DNA of 64,000 nucleotides from Candidatus Omnitrophota bacterium (GCA_003140935.1 PLLJ01000052.1:12642-76641); one strand, 5' to 3'. Shown: positions 11,664-21,856, numbered from the stretch's first letter. Notes: a model not told the origin generated them from the sequence alone. Numbers and translations: made by a program.

Positions 11664-12032
11664 ATGAATTTCAAAAAAACTACTATCCGGAAGATGGCAT
11701 GGCTAATAGGAGGGATCTTCGCCCTTCTAATTTCGGCGGTTCCTGCGGCTTACGCAAAAATGGAAGACGTGCAGGTTCTCGAGAGAAAGCCCGATGAGTC
11801 AAACCCGAAGTACGAGATCGTCAAGGTGGAGGGCGGGCTTATCTTCCGCGCTCCGAAAGATATGACCTTTGTGAAACAGGATGGTGTGATCGCCCCCATA
11901 TCCACCGAAGAATATTGTCTGAGAAAATTCGATGGGGTGGAGCAACAGATCGCAGCACTCAGTAAGCGGATCAGTGCTCTTGAAAGAAAGGCGAGAACCG
12001 CGCCGGATAAGAAAAATCAAGAATCATTGTGA
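11664..12032 (+). CDS. Hypothetical secreted protein
   Basis: Signal peptide MNFKKTTIRKMAWLIGGIFALLISAVPAAYA. No recognisable domain. Confidence 0.35.
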   Translation: MNFKKTTIRKMAWLIGGIFALLISAVPAAYAKMEDVQVLERKPDESNPKYEIVKVEGGLIFRAPKDMTFVKQDGVIAPISTEEYCLRKFDGVEQQIAALSKRISALERKARTAPDKKNQESL

Positions 12033-13577
12033 CGGGGGGTTGTCGGACCGGGCTTTTATCGGCAATTCAAAAACAAAGTAGCTTCCTTTTCCTTCCTGGC
12101 TTTCCACCCAGATCTTTCCGCCGTGCAATTCTACGATCTCTTTGGCGATGGTAAGACCGAGCCCCGTGCCGCTCACCCCTTGCATCGACTTGGACTCGAT
12201 GCGCGAGAACTTTTCGAAAAGTTTTTGAAAATCTTTCTTGGCGATCCCCGGGCCGTTATCGCGGACGCCGAGTTCGATCCTTTCGGGGCTCGTAGCAGGT
12301 TTTCCTATGATCGTGACCGTTCCGCCGTTAGGGGTGAACTTCAGGGCGTTGCCGATGAGATTGGTTAGCACCTGGCCGATCCGGTCCCTATCAGCCTCGA
12401 TCTCCAGCGATTCGTCAACCTCCGCCTGGATCGTAATCTCCTTTGTTTTGCTCCAAGCCCCGAATTCGTTGACGAGGGTATAGACAAGGTCACTGACGCG
12501 AAAGAGAGCCGGTTTGATAGTAAATTTTTTTGCTTCGAGCTTTGAGAGATCCAAAAGGTCGTTAATGAGCCGGGAAAGCCGCTGGACGTTGTTGAGGGCG
12601 ATCGTGACGAATTTTTCCTGACTCGGGGTCAGCTTGTTGATCGAGCTATCGCACAGGATCTGGAGGGATCCCTTAATGCAGGTAATGGGCGTTCGAAGTT
12701 CGTGGGAAATGCTGGTCAGGAAGGCGTTCTTAAGGGCTTCCAGTTCTTTTTGCTTCGTGACGTCGGAGATCACAGAGACGAAACCCACGGTCTTGCCGTC
12801 CTCGCTTTCAATGACGGCGTTGCTGGCCTGCAGCACTTTTTTTACTTGATCACTTTTACTTTGGACCACGATTTCTTTGCTTTTTGTCGAATCGGCCGGT
12901 TGTTGCACCAAACTGACCAACTGTTCTTCTTTGAGATCGTTTAAAATCGATTGGCCGATCCTGTCTTCCTTCTTTACCCCCAATAATTTTTCGGCGGCCG
13001 GGTTCATCAGCATGATCTCGCCCTTTTTGTTTACCATGATCACGCCTTCGGCCATGGAACGGACGACCTCTTCAGTCTGTTTCTTTTCTTCCCCTAATTC
13101 TTTGAACGAGGTGTCAAGTTTCTGATAGCGCTCACTTACCACTTGGAATTGTTTTTCAACGAAGTTGATGGACTTGTCTTTTTCTTCGAGTAAGTGCGTG
13201 AAGTGTTCGTTGATCTCGGTTGTTTTCTCCATGACTTTTTTCTCAACTTCTGCGGTGACTACAGAGGCGATCTTTTTCGTGAGGGCGCTAACGTGCTGGG
13301 AATTTCCCGAGATGTGTTTTTTGAGTTCCTGTTCAAGATCCTGTGAAGTTTCTCTAGAGACGGCGGGGATGGAGAGGCTCACGGTCGCTTTTTTTTTGGC
13401 GAGGCCATGGGCCAGGAAAAGGGCGAAGGCGACGGCAAAAAATGTAACGGTCAAAAACGCTAATACAATGGGATCCATGAAAACGCGTTTTCCTCTGATG
13501 ACTAAGGATTCAAACGCTTCATTGTATTGATGAAACGGAGGCTTGTCAGCTAATAATTTATCACGTAAAGCGAGCAA
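12024..13577 (-). CDS. Sensor histidine kinase (TM segment, coiled-coil/PAS, HisKA, HATPase_c)
   Basis: H-box ISHELRTPITCIKGSLQIL. G-boxes GTGLGLTIAKEIVELHGGKIWVESQEGKGSYFVFELP. N-terminal TM segment MDPIVLAFLTVTFFAVAFALFL. No cognate response regulator is adjacent. Confidence 0.85.
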   Translation of the reverse strand: MLALRDKLLADKPPFHQYNEAFESLVIRGKRVFMDPIVLAFLTVTFFAVAFALFLAHGLAKKKATVSLSIPAVSRETSQDLEQELKKHISGNSQHVSALTKKIASVVTAEVEKKVMEKTTEINEHFTHLLEEKDKSINFVEKQFQVVSERYQKLDTSFKELGEEKKQTEEVVRSMAEGVIMVNKKGEIMLMNPAAEKLLGVKKEDRIGQSILNDLKEEQLVSLVQQPADSTKSKEIVVQSKSDQVKKVLQASNAVIESEDGKTVGFVSVISDVTKQKELEALKNAFLTSISHELRTPITCIKGSLQILCDSSINKLTPSQEKFVTIALNNVQRLSRLINDLLDLSKLEAKKFTIKPALFRVSDLVYTLVNEFGAWSKTKEITIQAEVDESLEIEADRDRIGQVLTNLIGNALKFTPNGGTVTIIGKPATSPERIELGVRDNGPGIAKKDFQKLFEKFSRIESKSMQGVSGTGLGLTIAKEIVELHGGKIWVESQEGKGSYFVFELPIKARSDNPPSQ

Positions 13578-13738
13578 TTCATTCGTGAAATTTTCCTCGG
13601 CCTCAAGGGGCGCATTTTTTCTTCGCTCTCATCCTTTTTTAAATGAATAAGTTGCGAAGTCCGGGAGGTGTTTAAAGTACTTAAGGTAGTTACTTTAAGT
13701 GCCGAAAACGTATCCGAAGTCAATCATGAGGGGAAATT

Positions 13739-13993
13739 ATGAAGACTGATATTGTGGAGTGTCTGAGCGCCCAGGAGATCGGGGAAAAATTTGAAATCCC
13801 TTATTCCAAGATCAATTATTACACTTGTCTGGGACTTTTTGACATTGTGCGTAAGGTCGGCAATAAACGCCTCTATGACGGGGAGCAGGTCAAGCACCGG
13901 TTTCAGACCATTTCACGCCTGGTCAACGAGGGGTATCCGCTTTCGTTGATCCGGAAGAAATTGTCCGGAGGGAACGGGCATGAGTTACTATAA
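13739..13993 (+). CDS. Small MerR/excisionase-like HTH DNA-binding protein
   Basis: LSAQEIGEKFEIPYSKINYYTCLGLF...RLYDGEQV pattern of MerR-type HTH. 84 aa. Confidence 0.45.
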   Translation: MKTDIVECLSAQEIGEKFEIPYSKINYYTCLGLFDIVRKVGNKRLYDGEQVKHRFQTISRLVNEGYPLSLIRKKLSGGNGHELL

Positions 13994-14843
13994 AATCTTT
14001 GGATTTCAGAAGGAACCCTTTTCGACAAGTCCGGACCCTGATTTCTTCTACTTATCGAAGGCCCACGATGCGGCGTTGACCAATATCCTGATCGAACTCC
14101 GCCTCAAGCGCGGGTTGGGGGTCATTTTAGGGGACGTCGGGACGGGGAAAACAACGCTCTCCCGGAAACTCATTCAAGAGCTTAAAAACCGGGAAGACTG
14201 CCTGTTCCATATGATCCTGGATCCTTCCTTTGATGATCCCGTTCTATTCTTAAGCTGCATCTCTAAAAATTTCGGGATTCCGATCACGGACAATATGTCG
14301 ATCCTGTCCTTAAGGGAGGCCCTCGAAAGATTCCTTTTTCAAAAGGCCGTGGTCGAAGGCAAAACGGTGATCTTGATCGTGGACGAAGCGCAGAAGTTGA
14401 GCGAGTCCTCGCTCGAAAATCTCCGGGTTCTTTTAAACTATGAAACGAATGAGTTTAAATTGCTGCAATTGGTGCTGTTAGGCCAACTTGAACTGCAGTC
14501 TAAGATCAAAGAGATCGCCAATTTTTTTGATCGGATCAGTTATAAAGGAAAACTGGAGGCATTGGATTTTAAGGAAATGAAGGAAATGATCTTCTTCCGG
14601 ATCAAACAGGCGGGATATGAATCCGATATGAATATTTTCCTGGAGGATGCCTTGTATTGCATCTATGAAGCGACAGGGGGACACCCCCGGCAGGTGACCA
14701 TGCTTTGCCATCGGGCCTTGAAAACCTTGCTGTTCAAGAACAAACTCGTCGTAGACTCTCAAGTCATCGAGGAGCTTATCCAAGAGGATGTGAAAACAGG
14801 ATGGCAACGAACGAGTCCCTTACTCCAGAAAAGCAGCTATTAA
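13980..14843 (+). CDS. gspA: ExeA/GspA-like AAA ATPase of type II secretion
   Basis: N-terminus YKIFGFQKEPFSTSPDPDFFYLSKAHDAALTNI and P-loop GDVGTGKTTL. Walker B ILIVDEAQ. Matches ExeA architecture. Confidence 0.75.
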   Translation: MSYYKIFGFQKEPFSTSPDPDFFYLSKAHDAALTNILIELRLKRGLGVILGDVGTGKTTLSRKLIQELKNREDCLFHMILDPSFDDPVLFLSCISKNFGIPITDNMSILSLREALERFLFQKAVVEGKTVILIVDEAQKLSESSLENLRVLLNYETNEFKLLQLVLLGQLELQSKIKEIANFFDRISYKGKLEALDFKEMKEMIFFRIKQAGYESDMNIFLEDALYCIYEATGGHPRQVTMLCHRALKTLLFKNKLVVDSQVIEELIQEDVKTGWQRTSPLLQKSSY

Positions 14844-15481
14844 AGCTCATTGAAAACCCGAAACAAGCGTCGGTGCGCGTTGAAAGCGCAAAGCGCGAGG
14901 GGAAGAAATGGTTTTCTTTTCCCGCGTTCAAGGGACGCCTGGATTTTTGGAAGGGCACTTCGGTAAAACAATGGTTTTCGCTGAAGAGGTTCTCCCAAAG
15001 TGCCCATGGCTTGGAGCGGATCAATGTCGTCTTGAAGGTCTTGATCGTTCTTGTGGCGATTTATACGGGCTACAGTGTTTTCGAAATGGCCAAGGGGATC
15101 AAGAGTGCGGCCAATTTGATCCTGACACCCGATGCCGTAACGCTGGACATACCGGCGCCGGTTACGGGTTTGCAGAGCGTTTCTTATTATTTAGAAAAAA
15201 TAAAAGGCCGGAACATCTTCGTTCCGGTGCAGCCTGAGACGAAAGTGGTAGAGGAAAAAGCGGCGGATGAAGGAGTCCCGCAGGAGGATCCCTTCAAAGA
15301 TTTTTCATTGGTCGGGATCGCCTGGTCGAATGACCCGGAAGCCATGATTGAAGATACGAAGCTTAACAAGACGTTTTTCATGAAGCGAGGGCAGTCCATG
15401 GCGAACGGGGTCCGGGTTGTGACGATCTTCAAGGACAAGGTGATTTTGGGTTATAAGGATAAAGAGTCGGAATTACGCTAA
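14807..15481 (+). CDS. GspC/PilP-like (or ExeB-like) secretin-interacting inner-membrane protein
   Basis: Single TM segment (VVLKVLIVLVAIYTGYSV). C-terminal FSLVGIAWSNDPEAMIEDTKLNKTFFMKRGQSMANGVRVVTIFKDKVIL resembles the HR/PilP secretin-binding fold. Placed between gspA and the secretin gene. Confidence 0.45.
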   Translation, partial: TNESLTPEKQLLKLIENPKQASVRVESAKREGKKWFSFPAFKGRLDFWKGTSVKQWFSLKRFSQSAHGLERINVVLKVLIVLVAIYTGYSVFEMAKGIKSAANLILTPDAVTLDIPAPVTGLQSVSYYLEKIKGRNIFVPVQPETKVVEEKAADEGVPQEDPFKDFSLVGIAWSNDPEAMIEDTKLNKTFFMKRGQSMANGVRVVTIFKDKVILGYKDKESELR

Positions 15482-15498
15482 CGGATCGGATTTCAAAA

Positions 15499-17295
15499 AT
15501 GAAAATAAAACAGACAGTTAAAAATGCGGTTCTGATCTTTTCGAGCTTTGTCCTGCTCGTGGGTGTTGCGAACGTATTTGCAGCCATGGATGTTCCGAAA
15601 GATGCGGCAAAAAAGGAAGCGAAGCCCATCGAGGGATTCAGTCCGGTGGCTCCGGCAGGGAAGGAAGAAGGTTCGGAAGAGGCCGTTGTATCTTCGGATC
15701 GGATCTCCCTCGATCTCCGGAGCATTGAAATTTCGGAGGCTTTGCGGTTTTTGGCGACACGAGCCAAATTGAACATGGTCATCAGCAAGGCGGTTTCGGG
15801 GCGCTTGTTCCTCGTTCTGAACGATGTTCCTATCAAGGATGTGTTGGATATCATTCTTTTAAGCAGCGGGCTGGCCTATGACAAAACGGGAGAGATCTAT
15901 CAGATCATGACCGACGCGGAGTATAAAACGAAATATGGGAGGAATTTTTCCGATGCCCGGCAAGTCAAGATCTTCCATCTCCAGTATGCTGTTCCGGACA
16001 ATGTTTTTGCGGCGATCGAGGTGTTCAAAAGTGAGATCGGAAGGATCCTGGTGGATAAAGAGTCCGGGATGGTCTTGGTGATGGAAACGCCGGAAAATAT
16101 GGCCGAGATCGAAAAGGTGATCAACAGCTTGGACAAAAAAAGAGTGATCAAATCTTTTTTTCTTCAGTATGCCAAAGTGAAGGAAGTGGAAGAGAGATTG
16201 AGACCGCAACTTAACGATAAAGGCACCGGGACCGTCCAGGCAGATGAGCGCACGAATCAGATTATCGTTCAGGCTTATCCGGAACGCATGGTTCAAATAG
16301 AGGAACTTATCAAGTCTTTGGATAAGAAGACCAAAGAGGTTCTGATCGTTGCAAAGATCATCCGGGTTGCCTTGTTGGACACTTTTGATGCGGAGATCCA
16401 ATGGGAAGGTCTTTTCAAGGATATTAATCTCCTGCCGGGTTTTCAGCAGGGATGGATGGGGAGTCACGAGAACAATGCATTGGCGCGCACGGGGAACAGT
16501 TTTGTGGATGATTTTATCAATATCCCGCCCACAACTCGTCCTCCAGAGGGCGGGAAGGTTTTTCCGACCTCAAATATGGTCGTGGGACAAACGGGAGTGG
16601 ATGGGGGCTATGAGGTTCTTTTTAAATTTTTGCAAACGATCGGAAATTCTCGAGTGCTCTCAAGTCCCCGCATTACGGTCACGAATAATCAGGAGGCCAA
16701 GATCCATGTCGGGGAACGCCAGGCGTATATCACTTCTACGACCACGACAGGGAGTACGGGGCAGAATACGGTCGCGGAAAGCGTGACCTTCGTGGACGTC
16801 GGCATCGAGCTTTCCGTGACGCCGACCATCAACGACGACGGTTTTATCACGTTGAAGATCAAGCCTTCGATCTCGAGCGTAAAGGATACACTGGTGACGG
16901 CCTCAGGGAACAAGATCCCGATCATTGATACGTCCGAGGCGGAAACAACGGTCATGGTCAAGGACCAGACTAGTGTCGTGATCGCAGGGCTCCGGAAAGA
17001 TGAATGGACGGACACCAAATCGCAAGTGCCTTATTTTGCGAAGCTCCCCATTTTTGGAGGTCTGTTTAAATCAGGTTCTAATGCAAAAGATCGTACAGAA
17101 GTGATCGTTCTTCTAACGCCCCATATTGTTGGTGGTGAAAAATTCATGACCGGTGAGTCCTCAAAGCCTATAGACAACCTGAATGATTACCGGGGGTATT
17201 CTTCCTTGACTCTAGATAACAAAATACGGTCGGGGGACTCGCCCGGCACCATCACCAAGCTTATGAAAAAACTTTCCTTAACTTCTCATGATTAG
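15499..17295 (+). CDS. gspD: Secretin GspD/PilQ family
   Basis: Signal peptide. N0/N1-type repeats. Secretin core VLSSPRITVTNNQEAKIHVGERQAYIT...VIVLLTPHIV. Confidence 0.9.
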   Translation: MKIKQTVKNAVLIFSSFVLLVGVANVFAAMDVPKDAAKKEAKPIEGFSPVAPAGKEEGSEEAVVSSDRISLDLRSIEISEALRFLATRAKLNMVISKAVSGRLFLVLNDVPIKDVLDIILLSSGLAYDKTGEIYQIMTDAEYKTKYGRNFSDARQVKIFHLQYAVPDNVFAAIEVFKSEIGRILVDKESGMVLVMETPENMAEIEKVINSLDKKRVIKSFFLQYAKVKEVEERLRPQLNDKGTGTVQADERTNQIIVQAYPERMVQIEELIKSLDKKTKEVLIVAKIIRVALLDTFDAEIQWEGLFKDINLLPGFQQGWMGSHENNALARTGNSFVDDFINIPPTTRPPEGGKVFPTSNMVVGQTGVDGGYEVLFKFLQTIGNSRVLSSPRITVTNNQEAKIHVGERQAYITSTTTTGSTGQNTVAESVTFVDVGIELSVTPTINDDGFITLKIKPSISSVKDTLVTASGNKIPIIDTSEAETTVMVKDQTSVVIAGLRKDEWTDTKSQVPYFAKLPIFGGLFKSGSNAKDRTEVIVLLTPHIVGGEKFMTGESSKPIDNLNDYRGYSSLTLDNKIRSGDSPGTITKLMKKLSLTSHD

Positions 17296-18259
17296 ACTCC
17301 TTCTGTTCATCAAACGTCATGCTTGGCCGATCGCCTTTGTGCTCCTCCTCGGTATCGGCATCCTTCTGGGGACCATTTTTTATTGGTTCCCTTTTCGCGG
17401 TGCGCAAGCAGAAACATTCGCGCTTGAGCGGCAGCTCAAAGAAGAGAAAATAGAGAAAGCGAGTCTCCAGAAACTTTTTGATACATTAAAAGAAAAATAC
17501 AAGACACTTGAGGCGGACCGGGACAACATTATGGCTCAAGCCAAGCAGCTACTCGTCGAGAAAGACACTCTCACGAACGTGGAGAATCAATACAAGACAC
17601 TGACGGCCGAAAACCAGAAACTTCTTGGGGATCACAAGGAGCTGGAAAAATCGTACAAAACTGTTCAAGCTCAAGCAGGTGACTTAAAAAGATCGCTTGA
17701 AGCGGCATTAGCCGAAGCGGCGGCCAGCAAAGCGGAAATCGCCAGGATCAAGCAAGAAAATGAAAACAAAATCCTGGAATTTAAAGACAGCGCCGGACAG
17801 ATTAAAAAACTCGAAGAAGATGTGGCTTATTACAAAGGATTTCAGGAGAGTTTTTTAAGCCTGAGCCAATCCTATGATACGCTCAAGAAGGAACGGAAGT
17901 TTCTGGAGGGACAGTTGGACAATCTTCCGAAGAAATTCTCAAAAATGGCCCGGGAGAACAAGATCCTCATTAAAGAAACGGGGGATATGCATTACAATCT
18001 GGGTGTCTTCTATGCGGGGGAAATGAACTATGATCGCGCGATCGAGGAGTTTAAAAAGGCGGTCGATATCAATCCCAACGACGCAAAAGCCCTCTATAAT
18101 CTTGGTTATATTTATGCGGAGCAGCGCGAGGACAGAAAAAATGCCGAGTATTATTTCCGGATCTTTTTAGGTTTGGCTCCCAAGGACCCCAATGCGGATC
18201 AGGTGAAAAATTACTTGGTGTCGCGAGACGTCTTCAGTACGAATGTGTTGAAATCATAA
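17288..18259 (+). CDS. Membrane-anchored coiled-coil plus TPR protein (possible secretin-associated / pilotin-analogous factor)
   Basis: N-terminal TM segment. About 200 aa of heptad coiled-coil. C-terminal TPR (NLGVFYAGEMNYDRAIEEFKKAVDINPNDAKALYNLGYIY). Overlaps the secretin stop. Confidence 0.45.
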   Translation: MIRLLLFIKRHAWPIAFVLLLGIGILLGTIFYWFPFRGAQAETFALERQLKEEKIEKASLQKLFDTLKEKYKTLEADRDNIMAQAKQLLVEKDTLTNVENQYKTLTAENQKLLGDHKELEKSYKTVQAQAGDLKRSLEAALAEAAASKAEIARIKQENENKILEFKDSAGQIKKLEEDVAYYKGFQESFLSLSQSYDTLKKERKFLEGQLDNLPKKFSKMARENKILIKETGDMHYNLGVFYAGEMNYDRAIEEFKKAVDINPNDAKALYNLGYIYAEQREDRKNAEYYFRIFLGLAPKDPNADQVKNYLVSRDVFSTNVLKS

Positions 18260-18299
18260 TTGCTGTATGCTAGCCTATGGCCCAACGGAGGGTCGAAAA

Positions 18300-18968
18300 A
18301 TGAGAAAGTCTTCTATGGCTGTAGTTTTTAGCATATTTCTTTTTGTTGCTTTCGTAAGTGGCACTGCCGAAAAGTGTTTCGCAGAGTCAAATGTTTTGTC
18401 CACACTCACCGGCAAAAAGAGTCCCTCAAAAAGTCCTTCCAAGAAAGACGATGCGGCGCGTGATGCCCTACGCAAGATAATCTTAGAAAAAAAAGGCGAA
18501 CTCAACGGCTCGTCTTGGAGCATTAAGATCGATTCTCAGTCAAAGAAAGGCGCATTGCTCGGGGAGGATACGCTCAACTTCCAAAATGACAAGTTCTCAT
18601 CTGAAAGCTCCAATAAGATCGGTTATACCTCCACCAATTATACCTTGACCGTCCAAGAGTCGGGGCCGACGATCTGGGAGACGATGCAAACATCCAAAAA
18701 AGGCGAAGTTTGTTTCTGGCGCGGTGAGTGGAAAGACAACGTAATGACGGGTATCATCAGCCGACAGCTTGAAAAAGGCGCCGAAGAATATTATTTTAGC
18801 AGCTCTTCGAGGAAAGATATCCCCAAGACTACCGAAGAAAAAGAAGGGGCTCAGATAAATCCATCGCAGGAAACGACTCAGGGAGCGGCAACGGACGTGC
18901 TTGGCGGCGCGGTTGTTCCAACTCAGAAAAGTGTTCCGGCAGCAAAAAAGAAAACGGGCTGGTTTTAG
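18300..18968 (+). CDS. Hypothetical secreted protein
   Basis: Signal peptide MRKSSMAVVFSIFLFVAFVSGTAEKCFAE. Low-complexity K/S-rich linker. Confidence 0.35.
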   Translation: MRKSSMAVVFSIFLFVAFVSGTAEKCFAESNVLSTLTGKKSPSKSPSKKDDAARDALRKIILEKKGELNGSSWSIKIDSQSKKGALLGEDTLNFQNDKFSSESSNKIGYTSTNYTLTVQESGPTIWETMQTSKKGEVCFWRGEWKDNVMTGIISRQLEKGAEEYYFSSSSRKDIPKTTEEKEGAQINPSQETTQGAATDVLGGAVVPTQKSVPAAKKKTGWF

Positions 18969-19158
18969 TTGCTTCCTTAAGTCTCCGCTTCACTTTCCAC
19001 GCTTTCAGGATTTTGGCTGTAGTGTCAGGTAAGGGTTCCAACGAAGGGTGCTGCCTTCCCATTCTTTAAGTTCTGATTTTTCCAGGCTTCTTTATTCCAG
19101 CGTCTATTGTGCCCAGTCTCATGGATCACATCGGCGCCTATAAGCAAGTGGCATTTGG

Positions 19159-19653
19159 TTAACCCACCAAGACGCCGGGGGTTTTTTCCTTCGCTTCCGG
19201 GGTGTTATTTTCATTCTCTTCCGGTTTGTCAAAACTAATCTCGGTGATCCTGTTCTTATCCCGGAAAGTGTAATACTCGAGGGTCACATAATCGCCCGGA
19301 GCGAGATCGCTTAGATCATCGATGCCTGTGAGGGTTGTGTCGGATGTGAAGTGATAGTCCTGCGCGGCATCCTCATCGTCATCTTCCTCCTCTTTGTTTT
19401 CAACCTCATCCGTAGAGAGAAGAGACAAGACCTTTATATTCGGATCAATGCTTGTGATCCGCCCATAGACACTGGAACTCAATTCTTCGGCGGCTGATTT
19501 TTCCTCAGAGGTTATTTCCTCCTGGGCGTTTCTCTCGGCTTCCTGTTCGTCCCAAGGTTGGGCATTGGAGCTTGCCAGCAATAAGCGGGGAGCTAACATG
19601 AGATTCAGCGCGCATAATAATGAGAGTAAACGAAGCAGATGCAGCGGTTTCAT
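19159..19653 (-). CDS. Hypothetical secreted acidic protein
   Basis: Signal peptide MKPLHLLRLLSLLCALNLMLA. Very acidic (EEEDDDEDAAQD). Confidence 0.35.
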   Translation of the reverse strand: MKPLHLLRLLSLLCALNLMLAPRLLLASSNAQPWDEQEAERNAQEEITSEEKSAAEELSSSVYGRITSIDPNIKVLSLLSTDEVENKEEEDDDEDAAQDYHFTSDTTLTGIDDLSDLAPGDYVTLEYYTFRDKNRITEISFDKPEENENNTPEAKEKTPGVLVG

Positions 19654-19801
19654 AATACCTCATTCATTCAAGGTTGAATCAGGTCTTTTAGAGTCTTCAA
19701 AATACCGATTTATCGTTCATTTTGCAATGATTTTCGATCCTGGCCGCGATCTATCCGCTTCGAAAGTGGACGGGATGTCTTAAGCAGGATACAATCCTCT
19801 C

Positions 19802-20584
19802 ATGTTGATTGACACGCATCTTCATTTACAGGATATCAAAGAGCTGCCGATCCGCGCGAGCATTATGAAGTTGGCGCAGGATTTTAAGGTTGGGCAATTC
19901 GTGTGTAATGGCACCCGCCCGGATGATTGGCCGGTGGTGGAGGAGGTTGCGCGGGCAGACCGGCGGGTTGTGCCGTTCTTTGGGGTTCATCCGTGGTATG
20001 CAGACAAACTTCCGACGGATTGGCACGTGATGCTGGAAGGATTTCTCAAACGAAGGCCGGATTCAGGAATCGGTGAGGCGGGCCTTGATAAGGCGCGCCA
20101 TGTCGATTTCGCGAGACAAACCGAGGTCTTTCACCAGCAGCTTGAGATCGCGGGACGCTTGGGGCGGCCTCTCGCGATCCATTGTGTGCGGGCATGGAGC
20201 GATCTCTTGAATGTTTTGAGAAGGAGCCTTCCTCCCAAGACACGTTTTATGATCCATTCTTTCCAAGGTTCTCAGCAGGTGTTACGGGATTTCTTGAGCC
20301 TTGGGGCGTATATCTCGTTTTCATGGAAAAGTCTCCAACGTGATACCGAAGAGTCGATCGCTTTGATGCGGAATGTACCTCTCGACCGGCTGCTTCTTGA
20401 AACGGACTTTCCCTATACGGAACCGGAACAGATCGGTCCGGACGCGCATGACGAGAAATATTTTGAAAGTCTTCAGGGAGTTTATAACCTTGCGGTGCGC
20501 GCGAAAGGGATCGAAGAAGGCACTTTAGAGAAAGCGGTGTGGGCGAATGGAACGGCTTTTCTGTCTGGAACTCCTGCTCGGTAA
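19802..20584 (+). CDS. tatD: TatD-family metal-dependent hydrolase
   Basis: MLIDTHLHL start and GEAGLD motif. 260 aa. Confidence 0.85.
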   Translation: MLIDTHLHLQDIKELPIRASIMKLAQDFKVGQFVCNGTRPDDWPVVEEVARADRRVVPFFGVHPWYADKLPTDWHVMLEGFLKRRPDSGIGEAGLDKARHVDFARQTEVFHQQLEIAGRLGRPLAIHCVRAWSDLLNVLRRSLPPKTRFMIHSFQGSQQVLRDFLSLGAYISFSWKSLQRDTEESIALMRNVPLDRLLLETDFPYTEPEQIGPDAHDEKYFESLQGVYNLAVRAKGIEEGTLEKAVWANGTAFLSGTPAR

Positions 20585-21296
20585 GGAAAAGGTCGAGCGG
20601 ATCAAAAAAGCTTTTGTCGTGGTGATCGGGATCGGCGCGGTGGGAAGTTACGCGACCGAGGCTCTCGCGCGTTCCGGTGTCCGTCACCTCAGACTTGTGG
20701 ATTTTGATACGATCAAAGTCACCAACTTTAACCGCCACATACTTGCCATTACGCCCAATCTCGGAAAACTCAAGGCGGAAGCTGCCCGCGAACGTATTGC
20801 CCAGATCAATCCCCATTGCAAGGTCGATGTGGTGAACGCATTCGCAGCCGAAGAAACGATGGAACGCATTGTCGAAGGGAAACCCGACCTTGTGATCGAT
20901 GCCGTAGATTCCCTGAATCCCAAAACGCAGATCCTCGCTTACTGTCACGAGAAAAAGATCCCCGTGATCTCCTCCATGGGCGCCGCGCTCCGGATGAACA
21001 TTTTTTCGATCAAAGCGGGAGATCTTTTCAAAACGACCGGTTGCCCGCTCGCGCGTTATGTTCGCTCGCGCTTGAGGCGGCGGGGGATCAAGAAAGGCAT
21101 TTTCTGCATTTATTCCGATACGCCGGTCTCAGAGGAACCCATCCAGAAGACCCGGATCCTCAACGCGGAACAGGATAACGATCGCGGTCGCCAGCGCATG
21201 AAATTGGGCAGTACGCCGACCGTGACCGGCGCTTTTGGCCTTGCCGTGGCTCATCATGCCCTCCTTTATCTCACCGGCGATCTGAAGCTCGGATAA
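20547..21296 (+). CDS. tcdA: tRNA threonylcarbamoyladenosine dehydratase (ThiF/E1-like)
   Basis: VVVIGIGAVGSYATEALARSGV...LVDFDTIKVTNFNRH matches the TcdA/CsdL N-terminus. About 250 aa. Confidence 0.8.
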   Translation: MERLFCLELLLGKEKVERIKKAFVVVIGIGAVGSYATEALARSGVRHLRLVDFDTIKVTNFNRHILAITPNLGKLKAEAARERIAQINPHCKVDVVNAFAAEETMERIVEGKPDLVIDAVDSLNPKTQILAYCHEKKIPVISSMGAALRMNIFSIKAGDLFKTTGCPLARYVRSRLRRRGIKKGIFCIYSDTPVSEEPIQKTRILNAEQDNDRGRQRMKLGSTPTVTGAFGLAVAHHALLYLTGDLKLG

Positions 21297-21345
21297 TCCC
21301 TGTTTTTTTACATGACTTTGTGGGAATATCTGATATACTTCGTGG

Positions 21346-21360
21346 CATGAATAATTCATG
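21346..21360. promoter_or_regulatory. Inverted repeat CATGAAT-a-ATTCATG, a candidate MarR operator
   Basis: Perfect 7-bp arms with a 1-nt spacer, about 20 bp upstream of the marR-like start codon. Confidence 0.4.
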
Positions 21361-21381
21361 TATTAAATTAATGGAGGGGTT

Positions 21382-21819
21382 ATGAGCCGGCTGAGTCTGG
21401 AAGCGTTCGCGGATCGCGCCATGGAACTTTTCTCCCAGTTGTCGCGCGGAATGATCCGACATGAAACCAATTATTTGTCCAAGGGGGTCATCACACTTCC
21501 CCAGGTCTGGGTGATGCGTTATTTATCGCGCCAGCGGGAATGTTCGATGCGGGAACTCGCAGATTATATGAAGATGGGGTTTTCCTCCGTCACCGGGATG
21601 GTCGATCGTCTCGTCAAACAAGGGCTTGCGAACCGGCGGAGAACGGAGAAGGACCGCCGGCTGGTCTACGTCGATTTGACGGCCAAAGGCCGGAAAATCG
21701 TAAAAGAGATCCTGGGGGAACGTCGCGAAACCACTTTGAGCCTTTTTGAGTCGTTGTCCGCCGAAGAACGGTTAACCTATTTGTGCATTCTTGAAAAGCT
21801 AGTTAAAAAACTTTCTTGA
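21382..21819 (+). CDS. MarR-family transcriptional regulator
   Basis: Winged-HTH pattern LTLPQVWVMRYL...MRELADYMKMGFSSVTGMVDRLVKQGLANRRRTEKDRR. Confidence 0.8.
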   Translation: MSRLSLEAFADRAMELFSQLSRGMIRHETNYLSKGVITLPQVWVMRYLSRQRECSMRELADYMKMGFSSVTGMVDRLVKQGLANRRRTEKDRRLVYVDLTAKGRKIVKEILGERRETTLSLFESLSAEERLTYLCILEKLVKKLS

Positions 21820-21856
21820 AACAGGCATCATGAGATAGAAAACGGAGCATGTTTTT

